Source: Trichormus sp. ATA11-4-KO1 (GTDB lineage: Bacteria; Cyanobacteriota; Cyanobacteriia; Cyanobacteriales; Nostocaceae). Taken from it: a stretch of DNA of 64,000 nucleotides. The stretch's first letter is position 1, and each line of letters starts with the position of its first letter. Below the pieces are notes generated by a model. That model saw only the letters and a list, made by a program, of their open reading frames with translations. It made no database searches and was not told where the DNA came from. The position numbers and the translations under genes were made by a program. Location of the stretch: contig JAHHIM010000001.1 of assembly GCA_019358915.1 (NCBI GenBank), positions 64,001 to 128,000 of the forward strand, given 5' to 3'. This document shows positions 9,336-19,392 of this stretch, piece by piece.

Positions 9336-11069
9336 TCACGCCACAACTGCGACAACACGAAAACCAACATAGTAGGGAGAATTCGCGCACGCGTACTTAA
9401 CGCGAAAGGGAGAACGGCAATACCTAGCACCGTTGACCCAACTACCACCACGCAGCACATTTATGTTCTTTTCTTTACCGTTTAGCCACGCACTACCATC
9501 TGTCGGCGCGCCTTGGTAATTTTCGTTATAAACATCTTGACACCATTGCCATACATTTCCGTGGATATCGTATAATCCGAAAGAGTTCGGCGGAAATTTT
9601 CCTACATCTGTCGTCTGTTGACGATATTCACCTTTAGGTGCAGAACCATAGGGAAAGTTGCCATCATAGTTAACTAAATCTGTGTTTATAGTTTCCCCAA
9701 AATAAAACGGCGTATTTGTCCCCGCACGACAAGCATATTCCCATTCTGCCTCGCTAGGTAGTCTGTAGGTTTTTCCTGTCTTCTGACTCAATTTCTCACA
9801 AAACTCTACTGCATCATCCCAACTCACTTGTTCTACAGGTCGTCTATTACCTTTGAAATGAGCCGGATTTGTCCCCATAACTGCTTGCCATTGTTCTTGG
9901 ATGACTGCATACCTACCCATGAAGAAGCCGGGAACTCTCACCTGACGCTGGGGACTTTCATTATCAAATCGTCCCGCTTCTTCTTCTGGTGAACCCATTG
10001 TAAATGTTCCCCCTGGTATCTGCACCATTTCCAAGGTGACTCCATTTCCTAAGTCTTCTACAAAATATTTCGCTTCCCTGTTCTGACGCTTGATGATTTG
10101 ACCTTGTGCATTTACCTTTACTGTTTCAAATTGAAAGGTTTGCAAATAAGTTGAGAAAAAAGTAGATGGAGTAACGGGATTTAATATTGTTGGTACTATC
10201 GGTGGTTTTAGTATGGTTGGTGGTATTTGTGGTTGCTGTTGTGGCTGTATCGCTGTAATTGCTTGCAACGCCTCCACTGCGGAAGGGTATCTATCCCGAA
10301 AGTCATAACTCACCATCTTATTTAACACAAGAGCCAACTTTTCCGTCACATTTGCCCTGTTACGCCAAATTACCTCATCGTTTTTGGGGTCTGTTGGTAG
10401 TTCGTGGGGTTGTAATCCTGTTAATGCTTGAATTGCTAACATCCCCACTGCATATACATCACTGGATAATTTTGGTCTTCCTATTGCTTGTTCACTAGGC
10501 ATATAACCAAGACTGCCAATGGCTACACTCAGACTTGTTTGACCTTGGCTATTCACCGTCATGGCTTCAACTTCTTTGACTGCACCAAAGTCAATCAGAA
10601 CTATCTTACCGTCTTGCCGACGACGCATGATATTTTGGGGCTTGATGTCGCGGTGAATAATATTATTTTTGTGGACTACTGCTAATACTTTTAATATTTC
10701 TTGTAATAGTTTGATGACTGCTATTTCTGTTAACTTTTCACCGGGAACGATTTCATAGCTTAAGTCTTCCCCATCTACAAATTCTTGGACTAGATAAAAT
10801 TGTCCCTGTTCTTCAAAGTGGGCGAATAGTCGCGGTATTTGGTCGCTATCGTTGCCTAATTTGTATAATACTTGCGCTTCGCTGTCAAATAATCTTCTAA
10901 CTATTTCTAATACTTTGGGGTCTGGGTTGGGTTTGAGGTGTTTGACTACACGCAGGGGTTTATCTGGTAAATCTAGGTCTTGCGCTAGATATGTGTCTCC
11001 AAATCCCCCACTTCCCAGGATTTTGATGATTTTATAGTGGCTGCGGAGGATTGTACCAGTCGTAGGCAT
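9336..11069 (-). CDS. Ser/Thr protein kinase fused to FGE-sulfatase (SUMF1/CLec) domain
   Basis: GSGGFG, HRDIKPQN, DFG; C-terminal RLPSEAEWEYACRAGT, GLYDIHGNVWQWC, RGGSW, GFRVV. Confidence 0.95.
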   Translation of the reverse strand: MPTTGTILRSHYKIIKILGSGGFGDTYLAQDLDLPDKPLRVVKHLKPNPDPKVLEIVRRLFDSEAQVLYKLGNDSDQIPRLFAHFEEQGQFYLVQEFVDGEDLSYEIVPGEKLTEIAVIKLLQEILKVLAVVHKNNIIHRDIKPQNIMRRRQDGKIVLIDFGAVKEVEAMTVNSQGQTSLSVAIGSLGYMPSEQAIGRPKLSSDVYAVGMLAIQALTGLQPHELPTDPKNDEVIWRNRANVTEKLALVLNKMVSYDFRDRYPSAVEALQAITAIQPQQQPQIPPTILKPPIVPTILNPVTPSTFFSTYLQTFQFETVKVNAQGQIIKRQNREAKYFVEDLGNGVTLEMVQIPGGTFTMGSPEEEAGRFDNESPQRQVRVPGFFMGRYAVIQEQWQAVMGTNPAHFKGNRRPVEQVSWDDAVEFCEKLSQKTGKTYRLPSEAEWEYACRAGTNTPFYFGETINTDLVNYDGNFPYGSAPKGEYRQQTTDVGKFPPNSFGLYDIHGNVWQWCQDVYNENYQGAPTDGSAWLNGKEKNINVLRGGSWVNGARYCRSPFRVKYACANSPYYVGFRVVAVVA

Positions 11070-11371
11070 GATTTTTGACTTGGCAATGGGGAATTTAGCT
11101 TTATTCTGCCAAATTTTTTAGTCGTACAGCAAGTGTTTTTACTTATGTAAGTAAGTTGCTAATAAAAAATTCAATATAGGATTACTATTTGATTTTTTTT
11201 GGCGTAGCCTGCGCTTTGTGCTTACGGACACGTAGGGGAGGCTGTTTGCTGTGTGGATGTTCCTCCCGCAAAACTGCCGTTTAAAATAAGTTAATAAGCA
11301 GAAATTCACTTGCACTGGTGATTAGCAGTGGTATCATTCGGTTATTACAAAAAGTAAAGGGCAATTTTACT

Positions 11372-12970
11372 ATGACCAAAGCACCTGTTGCTCCTGTGGT
11401 GCTAGTCATTTTAGACGGGTGGGGCTATTGCGAGGAGACGCGAGGAAACGCTATTGTCGCTGCTAAAACTCCAATCATGGAAAGCTTATGGACAGCTTAC
11501 CCACACACCCTCATTAGCACATCAGGAAAAGCCGTAGGGTTGCCAGAGGGTCAGATGGGCAACTCGGAAGTTGGTCATTTGAACATTGGCGCAGGGCGAG
11601 TAGTACCCCAAGAATTGGTACGCATCTCAGATGCGGTCGAAGATAATTCGATCCTCAGCAACCCAGCACTTGTCAAAATTTGCCAAAAAGTTCACTCTCA
11701 AAATGGCAAGCTGCATTTAGTTGGGCTTTGTTCTGAGGGAGGGGTACACTCCCACATTACACATCTATTCGGACTACTTGATTTAGCCAAGGAACAGCAA
11801 ATTTCCCAAGTTTGTATCCACGCCATCACCGATGGTCGTGATACAGCACCTTCGGAAGGTATAAAAGCAATTCAGCTCTTGCAGGATTACATAGATAGTA
11901 CAGGGATTGGGCGCATAGTTACCCTCAGTGGTCGTTACTACGCAATGGATCGCGATCACCGTTGGGATCGGGTAAAAAAAGCCTACGACGTGATGACACA
12001 AAATGGCGCGGGTGACGGTCGTAATGCTGTTGAAGTCCTGGAAGCATCTTATGCTGAAGGTGTGAAGGACGAGTTTGTGATTCCAGTCCGAATTGCCCCC
12101 GGTGCGATAGAACCAGGGGATGGGGTGATATTCTTCAACTTCCGCCCTGATCGCGCCAGACAGTTGACTCAAGCTTTTATGAGTCCCGAATTTACAGGGT
12201 TTGAAAGACAACAAATTCAGCCTCTGTCCTTTGCTACTTTTACTCAATACGATCCAGACCTACCAGTAGCCGTAGCTTTTGAGCCGCAGAATCTGAGTAA
12301 TATTTTGGGTGAAGTAATTGCCAATAATGGTTTGAAACAGTTTCGCACCGCCGAAACAGAAAAATACGCCCATGTCACCTATTTCTTTAATGGGGGACTA
12401 GAGGAACCTTTTGCTGGGGAAGACCGAGAACTTGTTAGCAGTCCCATGGTAGCGACTTACGACAAGGCCCCGGCAATGTCAGCAGAAGCAGTCACAAATG
12501 TAGCGATCGCCGCGATTCAAAAAGGTCTCTACTCGTTAGTGGTGATTAATTATGCCAATCCAGACATGGTAGGGCATACTGGTAAAATAGAAGCCACAAT
12601 TACGGGTATTGAAACAGTTGATGATTGTTTAGGTCGTCTACTCGCCAGCATTAGCAAAGCTGGAGGCACGGCAATTATTACTGCCGACCACGGGAACGCA
12701 GAGTATATGCTAGATGATGAAGGTAATCCCTGGACAGCTCACACCACCAACCCAGTCCCGTTGATTCTAGTTGAGGGAGAAAAAGTAAAAATCCCCGGAT
12801 ATGGCGCCAATGTCGAACTGCGAAGCGATGGCAAGTTAGCTGATATTGCCCCCACAATTCTGGAAATTTTACAGTTACCCCAACCATCAGAAATGACTGG
12901 GCGATCGCTCCTAAAACCAGCAGAATATGATGTGCAACGCACACGCACTCCCGTGCAAGCTGGTATGTAA
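11372..12970 (+). CDS. gpmI: 2,3-bisphosphoglycerate-independent phosphoglycerate mutase
   Basis: ILDGWG, QMGNSEVGH, AETEKYAHVT, NPDMVGHTG, TADHGNAE. Confidence 0.97.
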   Translation: MTKAPVAPVVLVILDGWGYCEETRGNAIVAAKTPIMESLWTAYPHTLISTSGKAVGLPEGQMGNSEVGHLNIGAGRVVPQELVRISDAVEDNSILSNPALVKICQKVHSQNGKLHLVGLCSEGGVHSHITHLFGLLDLAKEQQISQVCIHAITDGRDTAPSEGIKAIQLLQDYIDSTGIGRIVTLSGRYYAMDRDHRWDRVKKAYDVMTQNGAGDGRNAVEVLEASYAEGVKDEFVIPVRIAPGAIEPGDGVIFFNFRPDRARQLTQAFMSPEFTGFERQQIQPLSFATFTQYDPDLPVAVAFEPQNLSNILGEVIANNGLKQFRTAETEKYAHVTYFFNGGLEEPFAGEDRELVSSPMVATYDKAPAMSAEAVTNVAIAAIQKGLYSLVVINYANPDMVGHTGKIEATITGIETVDDCLGRLLASISKAGGTAIITADHGNAEYMLDDEGNPWTAHTTNPVPLILVEGEKVKIPGYGANVELRSDGKLADIAPTILEILQLPQPSEMTGRSLLKPAEYDVQRTRTPVQAGM

Positions 12971-12974
12971 AAAA

Positions 12975-13007
12975 GTTAGGAGTGAAGATTTTTCTCACTC
13001 CTAACTC
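12975..13007 (+). terminator. hairpin after gpmI
   Basis: AGTTAGGAGTGA...TCACTCCTAACT inverted repeat. Confidence 0.5.
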
Positions 13008-13050
13008 CTGATTTTTCAATTTGAAACTTGTGATAAATGAGATTGCTACC

Positions 13051-13284
13051 ATGACAGTTACTAATATCGTGCAAAGCGTTTGGGCACTTTCTGCCATAGG
13101 TTTAATTATTTTGGTACTCCTACATAGCCCCAAAGGCGATGGTATTGGAGCCATTGGCGGACAAGCCCAGTTATTTAGCAGCACCAAGAGTGCAGAAGAC
13201 ACCTTAAACCGAGTTACCTGGGCGCTGACAGTTATTTTTATGGGTTTAACAGTGGTTTTGAGTGCCGGCTGGCTACCCAAATAA
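13051..13284 (+). CDS. secG: preprotein translocase subunit SecG
   Basis: LVLLHSPKGDGIG..GG..QLFSS.KSAE.TLNR.TW; follows gpmI. Confidence 0.95.
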   Translation: MTVTNIVQSVWALSAIGLIILVLLHSPKGDGIGAIGGQAQLFSSTKSAEDTLNRVTWALTVIFMGLTVVLSAGWLPK

Positions 13285-13349
13285 GCATAGGGGAAGAGGA
13301 AATGGGCCACAAAATCCACTACCCAAAACCTAAAACCCGCAAAAATTTC

Positions 13350-14066
13350 ATGACAAAACACTTACTAGCAGCTCTTGCCTTAGTTATGGGCACAGGGCTG
13401 TTAGTTATTTTTACTAACCTGCCATCTAGTGCTGTACGAGAAAATATCCAAAAATCTCATCCCCTACCACCCACACTGGCGCAGTGGCAAGATAACTTCA
13501 ACAATGACGATTACCTTGCTCAAGTTGCAACTACTCAAGTAGGTTATTTAATCTGGTCGCAATTTCCGATTCAAGTTTACGTTGAGTTACCGAAAGCAGT
13601 GAGTGATACACAAGCTCAAGCATGGGTTAATGGTGTATTGCAGGCTGTAGAAGAATGGAATGCCTATTTGCCTTTAAAAGTAATCGCACAGCCCGATATT
13701 GCTGATATTACCATTGTGCGAAAAGCGCCACCCCTCCAAATTCCACGTGGTGGTCATATTCCTCGTGCGCGTTCGGCAGAAACTCGCTATGAATTATACA
13801 CCAGGAATAACATTTTATCCCACCGCTTTACCATCCTCTTGAGTCCCAGCCAAACAGGTGTGTATTTGCAAGCAGCCGCCCGCCATGAACTAGGTCACGC
13901 TTTGGGTATTTGGGGTCATAGTTCGTTACAAACAGATGCTTTATACTTTTCTCAAGTTCGCAACCCGCCGCCTATTTCTCCCAGAGATGTCAATACTCTT
14001 AAGCGGGTTTATGAACAACCAACTAGTTTAGGATGGCCATTGAAAGGGAGCATCCCAAATGTTTGA
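13350..14066 (+). CDS. secreted zinc metallopeptidase (matrixin-like)
   Basis: Signal-like N-terminus; HELGHALGIWGHS metzincin motif; start could be 13302. Confidence 0.85.
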   Translation: MTKHLLAALALVMGTGLLVIFTNLPSSAVRENIQKSHPLPPTLAQWQDNFNNDDYLAQVATTQVGYLIWSQFPIQVYVELPKAVSDTQAQAWVNGVLQAVEEWNAYLPLKVIAQPDIADITIVRKAPPLQIPRGGHIPRARSAETRYELYTRNNILSHRFTILLSPSQTGVYLQAAARHELGHALGIWGHSSLQTDALYFSQVRNPPPISPRDVNTLKRVYEQPTSLGWPLKGSIPNV

Positions 14067-14145
14067 TTTTATTTTTCAACTCAAAGGAGCGCAGAGGTTT
14101 AACGAGAGCTTTGTGTTTCGTGTTTGAAAAAATTGGGATGCTCCC
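14046..14145. mobile_element. 100-bp MITE with 13-bp TIRs and 8-bp target duplication
   Basis: TIR GGGAGCATCCCAA (14046-14058) / TTGGGATGCTCCC (14133-14145); CATTGAAA repeated at 14038-14045 and 14146-14153. Confidence 0.85.
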
Positions 14146-14256
14146 CATTGAAAAGTGCTGAGTGCTGAGTAAAAAATATTAGTCCCTAGTCCCTTTTTCC
14201 TCCGTTGCTTGTGTACGCAAATAAATCTTGCAGATATTTGGTGTTAAATTACCAAA

Positions 14257-15180
14257 ATGAAGAAGCAAATTTTTCGCTGGTTAATTTTGGGTGGGACGCT
14301 ATTTTTTTTAGGTAAAGCTCTGAAGGATCACTGGTCTGAAGTAATAGCTATCCAAATTGATGCAGTAGGATGGGCAATTTTAGCGATCGCTACAGGTGTC
14401 ACTTTACTGGCACATACTTGGGGAGGGTGGATCTGGACTTGGATTCTCCACGAATTAAATCAACCTGTGCCAGTTTCCCGGTTTATTCAAGTTTACTTAA
14501 AAACCAACATTGCCAAATACTTACCTGGTAATTTCTGGCATCACTATGGGCGAATTGTCGCAGCGAAAAATGCCAATATTTCTGCTGGTGCAGCTACCTT
14601 AAGTGTGTTGCTAGAACCACTACTAATGGCAACCTCTGCTTTAATTATCATTGTCGTATTCAGCAACCAATTTACAGTTACACCTACCACCCTGGGACTG
14701 CAAATATTGCAATTTTTGAGTTTGGCTGTGGTACTTTGTGCAGTGCATCCCCGGTTTTTGAACCCAGCGATTCGCTTTGTTTACAAATTAAAGGCGAAAA
14801 AGTCTGCTAATAATACTCAACCTATTGTGGCTTTCAATATTAAACGCTATCCTCTACGACCTTTATTAGGAGAGTTGGGCTTTTTGGTATTACGTGGTAC
14901 AGGGTTTATATTAACTGTATTTGCCCTAGTTCCCTTGACTACGAATCAAATTCCTTTATTATTAGGGGCTTTTAGCTGTGCTTGGTTATTAGGACTTGTG
15001 GTTCCAGGTGCGCCTGGTGGTTTGGGTGTGTTTGAAGTAACTGCGATCGCACTTTTGCAACACCGCTTTCCGCCTGCTGTAGTTATTAGTGCAATTACCA
15101 TTTATCGTCTGATTAGTATTGTTGCGGAAACATCTGGTGCTACCTTAGCCTGGCTTGATGAACGCCTTGCTAATTCTTGA
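14257..15180 (+). CDS. UPF0104/YbhN-like (lysylphosphatidylglycerol synthase TM domain) membrane protein
   Basis: Multi-TM; NIAKYLPG, PGAPGGLGVFE, YRL motifs. Confidence 0.85.
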   Translation: MKKQIFRWLILGGTLFFLGKALKDHWSEVIAIQIDAVGWAILAIATGVTLLAHTWGGWIWTWILHELNQPVPVSRFIQVYLKTNIAKYLPGNFWHHYGRIVAAKNANISAGAATLSVLLEPLLMATSALIIIVVFSNQFTVTPTTLGLQILQFLSLAVVLCAVHPRFLNPAIRFVYKLKAKKSANNTQPIVAFNIKRYPLRPLLGELGFLVLRGTGFILTVFALVPLTTNQIPLLLGAFSCAWLLGLVVPGAPGGLGVFEVTAIALLQHRFPPAVVISAITIYRLISIVAETSGATLAWLDERLANS

Positions 15181-15187
15181 ATTTTAC

Positions 15188-16516
15188 TTATCTTTTTTGT
15201 GTATCTTCTCTCAACTGAGAAAACACACGGTAAGCCTCAAAATTTGATTGAGAATTGGATATTTGCTCATCTTCTGACATCTTAATCAAGTTATATTCAA
15301 TGTTTTCTGCATAAATCGCAAATATAATATTAAAAATTTCTATAAAGTTAATTACCCATTTGCAATCTTCCTCTGAATAATTTTCGTAGTAACTAATTAA
15401 ATTAGCAATACGAATTTCTAAATGACTGCGGGCATTCTTGCAAATCAGAATAATTTTTAGTAGTATAATTACCAATGTTAGAGGATGACCTTGAGAAACT
15501 AACAAAACGAATAACGGCGAAGGTTCTTGACTATTTTCTGTAGTTAAACAATCAATAATTCGGTTACAACTTCTCAGTAATAAATTCTTGTTTATCGTCT
15601 CTTCATCTTGTTCAACCTTCCAGGAGGATAGGTTATCTGTCAACTGTTGCTGCAACATTTCTACTAATTCCTGGTTTTGAAGAGAAAAAAATAAATATTT
15701 GATTATACCTTCCTTAAAAACTTTCAAGGTTTGATTTTGAGTTTGCTTAATAAAAATGTTTGCCAAATTTTCATAACTAAATTTCCCCTTCTTGACAACA
15801 ATCATCTTGATTAAACGCAAAACATTATCTCCCAAAATACTGGGATTTTTGTAGCGTGTTGTACATGAGGCGGCAGACTGAGAACGAGCAATATACATCG
15901 CTAATTCAAACTTATATTTGTCCTTCATCTGTTGGGACAGTATTCTCGCAGCCTCTTGTTGCTCTGTGGGATTATTGATATCAAAAGACTGTGCAACTAA
16001 TAAATATGAAGTATAGCGGTTAATCCAATGATCTTGATTTTTTACTTCATATTTACAAGCAAATAATTTAAGTTTTTCATAGTCATGACTATTGATAAAT
16101 TTCTTTAACCAGTTTTGGTAAATATCTAATTGTTCACAATTATTTGTTTCTGCTTGGGGAGAATATTTAGTAAATAAGTTAATTAATTCTTGGATATACT
16201 TGTATTTTCGTTTAGATGCCCAGTTATTAACTAGAATGTAGCAACAACGTTTGAGTGTGTTGCGAAACTCATATTCGTTATTGACACAATTAATTATATT
16301 AATTGCTGGAATATTATCCCAGCTACTTGAATCCAAACAATCTATAAACAACCGTTTAAATTCCCGCAAAACATCTTCTGGCTTCCATTCGTTGACAATT
16401 TCCACCAAGAAGCTGTAAATTAGCTCCTCTTGTCTAATTGGCAAATTTAGCTGTTGAGAGTTGGATTTAACAATATCTTCATGTTTTGGGCTATTGGGTA
16501 AACTTTTAGCGGTCAT
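15188..16516 (-). CDS. conserved cyanobacterial hypothetical protein
   Basis: Long AT-rich ORF with LKRCCYILVNNW, YKFELAMY, NPSILGD motifs; start uncertain (16516 or 16588). Confidence 0.75.
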   Translation of the reverse strand: MTAKSLPNSPKHEDIVKSNSQQLNLPIRQEELIYSFLVEIVNEWKPEDVLREFKRLFIDCLDSSSWDNIPAINIINCVNNEYEFRNTLKRCCYILVNNWASKRKYKYIQELINLFTKYSPQAETNNCEQLDIYQNWLKKFINSHDYEKLKLFACKYEVKNQDHWINRYTSYLLVAQSFDINNPTEQQEAARILSQQMKDKYKFELAMYIARSQSAASCTTRYKNPSILGDNVLRLIKMIVVKKGKFSYENLANIFIKQTQNQTLKVFKEGIIKYLFFSLQNQELVEMLQQQLTDNLSSWKVEQDEETINKNLLLRSCNRIIDCLTTENSQEPSPLFVLLVSQGHPLTLVIILLKIILICKNARSHLEIRIANLISYYENYSEEDCKWVINFIEIFNIIFAIYAENIEYNLIKMSEDEQISNSQSNFEAYRVFSQLREDTQKR

Positions 16517-16951
16517 GCTAGTTCTCAAGACCAATAATTTTTCTGATCCTTTTGGTATCAGTTTACCCTTAGTGAATAACAGTATCAATCACTGTATTCA
16601 AAGTTTTAGTAATGTTTCTCAGGGAATTTGATAAATTTACGGAGAACTTAATTAAATATTAAATTTTAACTAAAAAACTCAGAAAAATTACTGAGACTTA
16701 AATTTGGTAAAAAGGCATAGTTACCATCTGGGCATCGGATAACTCTTAAGTGTTGATGCACGCGATCGCACTAGCAAGGAATCACAGTTAGTCCCTGACA
16801 AAATGCCTCTAGTGCCGCTTGCTTGTTAAACGCTGCTAGTTGCAGAGGTTGTTCAGGCGATCGCCAAGATACTCATCTGTCACGCATGAAAAACAAGTAG
16901 TTACTGTACAGGTATGTAACTAAGCAGGTTAATTTAAGTTGGAATTTTTAG

Positions 16952-17309
16952 TGGGGGTGGAGGGACTTGAACCCTCACGACCTTTTACGGTCAACGGATT
17001 TTCATTCTCCCGCAGCTTTCACTACTGCCCGGTTTTAGCAACCTGAGGCTTTGAGAATTGGACTCTCTCTTTACCCTCGACTTAACGTTAGGGTAGCTCC
17101 CGTCGAGTCTCTGCACCTTCCGATTAGTTACAAGTTACGAGTTACAACTTTTTCACTCACCACTCAGCACTTTCTCCGGCTTGGCTCAGGATTGCCTTGT
17201 CTGTTACCAGATTTAGGTTTCCCTGAGTTTGAGAGCTTCCACTTGAAAGATTTCTCTATCAAGGCTCAGTTTTCTAAGTCCGTAGCGTCTACCATTCCGC
17301 CACACCCCC
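16952..17309 (-). tRNA. trnL: tRNA-Leu(UAA), split by a group I intron (exons 17276-17309 and 16952-17002)
   Basis: 5' exon GGGGGTGTGGCGGAATGGTAGACGCTACGGACTT; 3' exon AAAATCCGTTGACCGTAAAAGGTCGTGAGGGTTCAAGTCCCTCCACCCCCA. Confidence 0.97.
17003..17275 (-). ncRNA. self-splicing group I intron of trnL(UAA), 273 nt
   Basis: Core elements AACTCAGGGAAAC, AATCCTGAGC, GTGCAGAGACTCGACGG, GAGAGAGTCC; terminal GGAGAATG; inserted in the anticodon. Confidence 0.96.
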
Positions 17310-17658
17310 TAATAATATAGATGGGAGCCACTTATTTTGTGGAGGTAGCAAATACCTCCTCATCTATTCCAGCATCAAGTGCGTCTTTTGTGCAACTAGA
17401 TTGAAAAAAATTTTTCCAGAGTTTGGAAGTTGCTTTTGTTTCTTCTGAATTAGTCTGGAACAATATCTTCAATTTTGCTTGACTAAAGCATTTCTTGGTT
17501 ACTGGCTTTGCCATTGTAGCATCTATATAGGCATATACAAGAAATTTTTGCACAATTCCTTAAAAGCACAATGGCTATACTTTCCTCAGCTTAGGGGTTC
17601 AGCCTATGATGGGAATATAGATGCACTCAATGCTCTTGTCTACTTCAAGAAAGAATCT

Positions 17659-17871
17659 ATGATTGTCGCCCTGCTGTATCTGGTTTTGGCTGGAGCTTAC
17701 CTGTTAGCAATCCCTGTTGCTATCATGCTGTACATGAAGCAGCGCTGGTACGTAGCTAGCTCTATCGAGCGGACTGTAATGTATTTTCTGGTGTTTTTAT
17801 TCTTGCCAGGGTTGTTGGTTTTATCACCATTTGTAAATCTTCGACCTCGGCCGCGCAAAATTGAAGTTTAA
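17659..17871 (+). CDS. ndhL: NAD(P)H-quinone oxidoreductase subunit L
   Basis: [32 protein letters not shown]; ndhL-DUF3007-trpA synteny. Confidence 0.93.
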   Translation: MIVALLYLVLAGAYLLAIPVAIMLYMKQRWYVASSIERTVMYFLVFLFLPGLLVLSPFVNLRPRPRKIEV

Positions 17872-17895
17872 CGAGATTGGTAGGTCATAATTCTC

Positions 17896-18207
17896 ATGCG
17901 ACGCATTGACGCTATTGGCATTGGTTTAGGTGTTTTTATTGCTGGCGGCTTGGCATATGTGGGATTACAGCTAATCGGTTTAGATGGTCAACAAGCTGGT
18001 ATCTGGAGCCAAGTCTTGCTAGTCAGTGGCTTGATTGGCTGGCTAGCCACCTATATATTCCGCGCGGTGGGAAATAAAATGACCTACCATGAACAACGGG
18101 AACAGTATGAACAAGCCTTTCTGCAAAAACGGCTAGATGAACTTACTCCCGAAGAACTAGCAAAAATTCAAGCGGAAATAGAACAAGAAGAACAAACTCA
18201 GGTGTAA
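17896..18207 (+). CDS. DUF3007 family membrane protein
   Basis: MRRID.., AGIWSQ, MTYHEQREQYE..LQKRLDELTPEEL. Confidence 0.9.
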   Translation: MRRIDAIGIGLGVFIAGGLAYVGLQLIGLDGQQAGIWSQVLLVSGLIGWLATYIFRAVGNKMTYHEQREQYEQAFLQKRLDELTPEELAKIQAEIEQEEQTQV

Positions 18208-18326
18208 AGTGAACATTGGTTAGTTGTCTATTGTTTGTTAACTGACCATGCCAATTTGAGATTTTAGACTGTAAGGAAAATCTCAAATCCCTAACTGATT
18301 GACCACTGAGTAATAATTCTTGACTA

Positions 18327-19160
18327 ATGACCGCGATTTCTGATTGCTTTGAAACCTTGGGGCGAAATCGAGAGTGCGCTCTGATTCCGTTTATTACTGC
18401 TGGTGATCCAGATTTAGCAACAACAGCAGCAGCTTTACAGACTTTAGATCGCCATGGAGCCGACATCATTGAACTTGGTGTTCCCTACTCCGATCCTCTA
18501 GCAGATGGGCCAGTGATTCAAGCTGCTGCTACCCGCGCCTTGCAACGAGGGACAAAATTAGAACAGGTGTTAGAAATGCTGCAAACTACTACTCCTAGTT
18601 TGCGATCGCCGATTATCTTGTTTACCTACTACAATCCCATTTTGCATCGCGGGATGGAAAAGTTTCTCCAACAAATAGCAGCTGCTGGGGTGGCGGGATT
18701 GGTAGTACCAGACTTACCTTTAGAGGAAGCCGCAGGCTTGCTGCAACCAGCGAGTGAAATCGGTATTGACTTAACTTTGTTGGTGGCTCCTACCAGTTCT
18801 GCCGAACGGATAGAAGCGATCGCTCGTTCCTCCCAAGGATTTATTTATTTGGTCAGTGTCACTGGTGTCACGGGGATGCGATCGCAAATGGAGTCACGAG
18901 TGTCAAATTTACTCCAACAAATTCGTAGTGTTACGGACAAGCCGATCGGAGTAGGCTTTGGCATCTCGGAAGCTGCACAAGCTCAGCAAGTTAGAGAATG
19001 GGGCGCAGATGCGGTGATCGTCGGCAGTGCCTTTGTTAAACGTCTAGCAGAAGGGACACCAGAGCAGGGACTAAATGCGATCGCTGAATTTTGTCAAAGT
19101 CTCAAGGCTGCCATTAAGACAACCGACAATAGTAAAAATACTCAACTTGATCCAGAATAA
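18327..19160 (+). CDS. trpA: tryptophan synthase alpha chain
   Basis: [45 protein letters not shown]. Confidence 0.97.
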   Translation: MTAISDCFETLGRNRECALIPFITAGDPDLATTAAALQTLDRHGADIIELGVPYSDPLADGPVIQAAATRALQRGTKLEQVLEMLQTTTPSLRSPIILFTYYNPILHRGMEKFLQQIAAAGVAGLVVPDLPLEEAAGLLQPASEIGIDLTLLVAPTSSAERIEAIARSSQGFIYLVSVTGVTGMRSQMESRVSNLLQQIRSVTDKPIGVGFGISEAAQAQQVREWGADAVIVGSAFVKRLAEGTPEQGLNAIAEFCQSLKAAIKTTDNSKNTQLDPE

Positions 19161-19392
19161 GTAAAGTAGATTAAAAAAGATCACAGCGTCGTTTTTTTAC
19201 CCTGATTTTGTGGACATTTTAGCGGATATAGTCTTGAATATTAACAGCAGATAATAGGCTGTAAAAAAAACTAGCTAATTTGGTCGCTTATAGTTGAGTA
19301 TTATGTGACGTTGAGTAGGCGAAAAAAGATGAGTGTGAGAGTGAGTCAGTCACAAATGATAATAGTTGCGTCGCAGTTGAGGAGTGAAGGCG

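Noticed and set aside
11218..11230. GTG-CTTACGG, a PAM-like triplet plus 7-nt match to the mini-array spacer
   Set aside because: Only 7 nt match, within a dispersed-repeat-like sequence; expected by chance in 64 kb.
17051..17320. 89-aa plus-strand ORF that might be an intron-encoded protein
   Set aside because: It is antisense to the trnL intron and exon and has no homing endonuclease motif.
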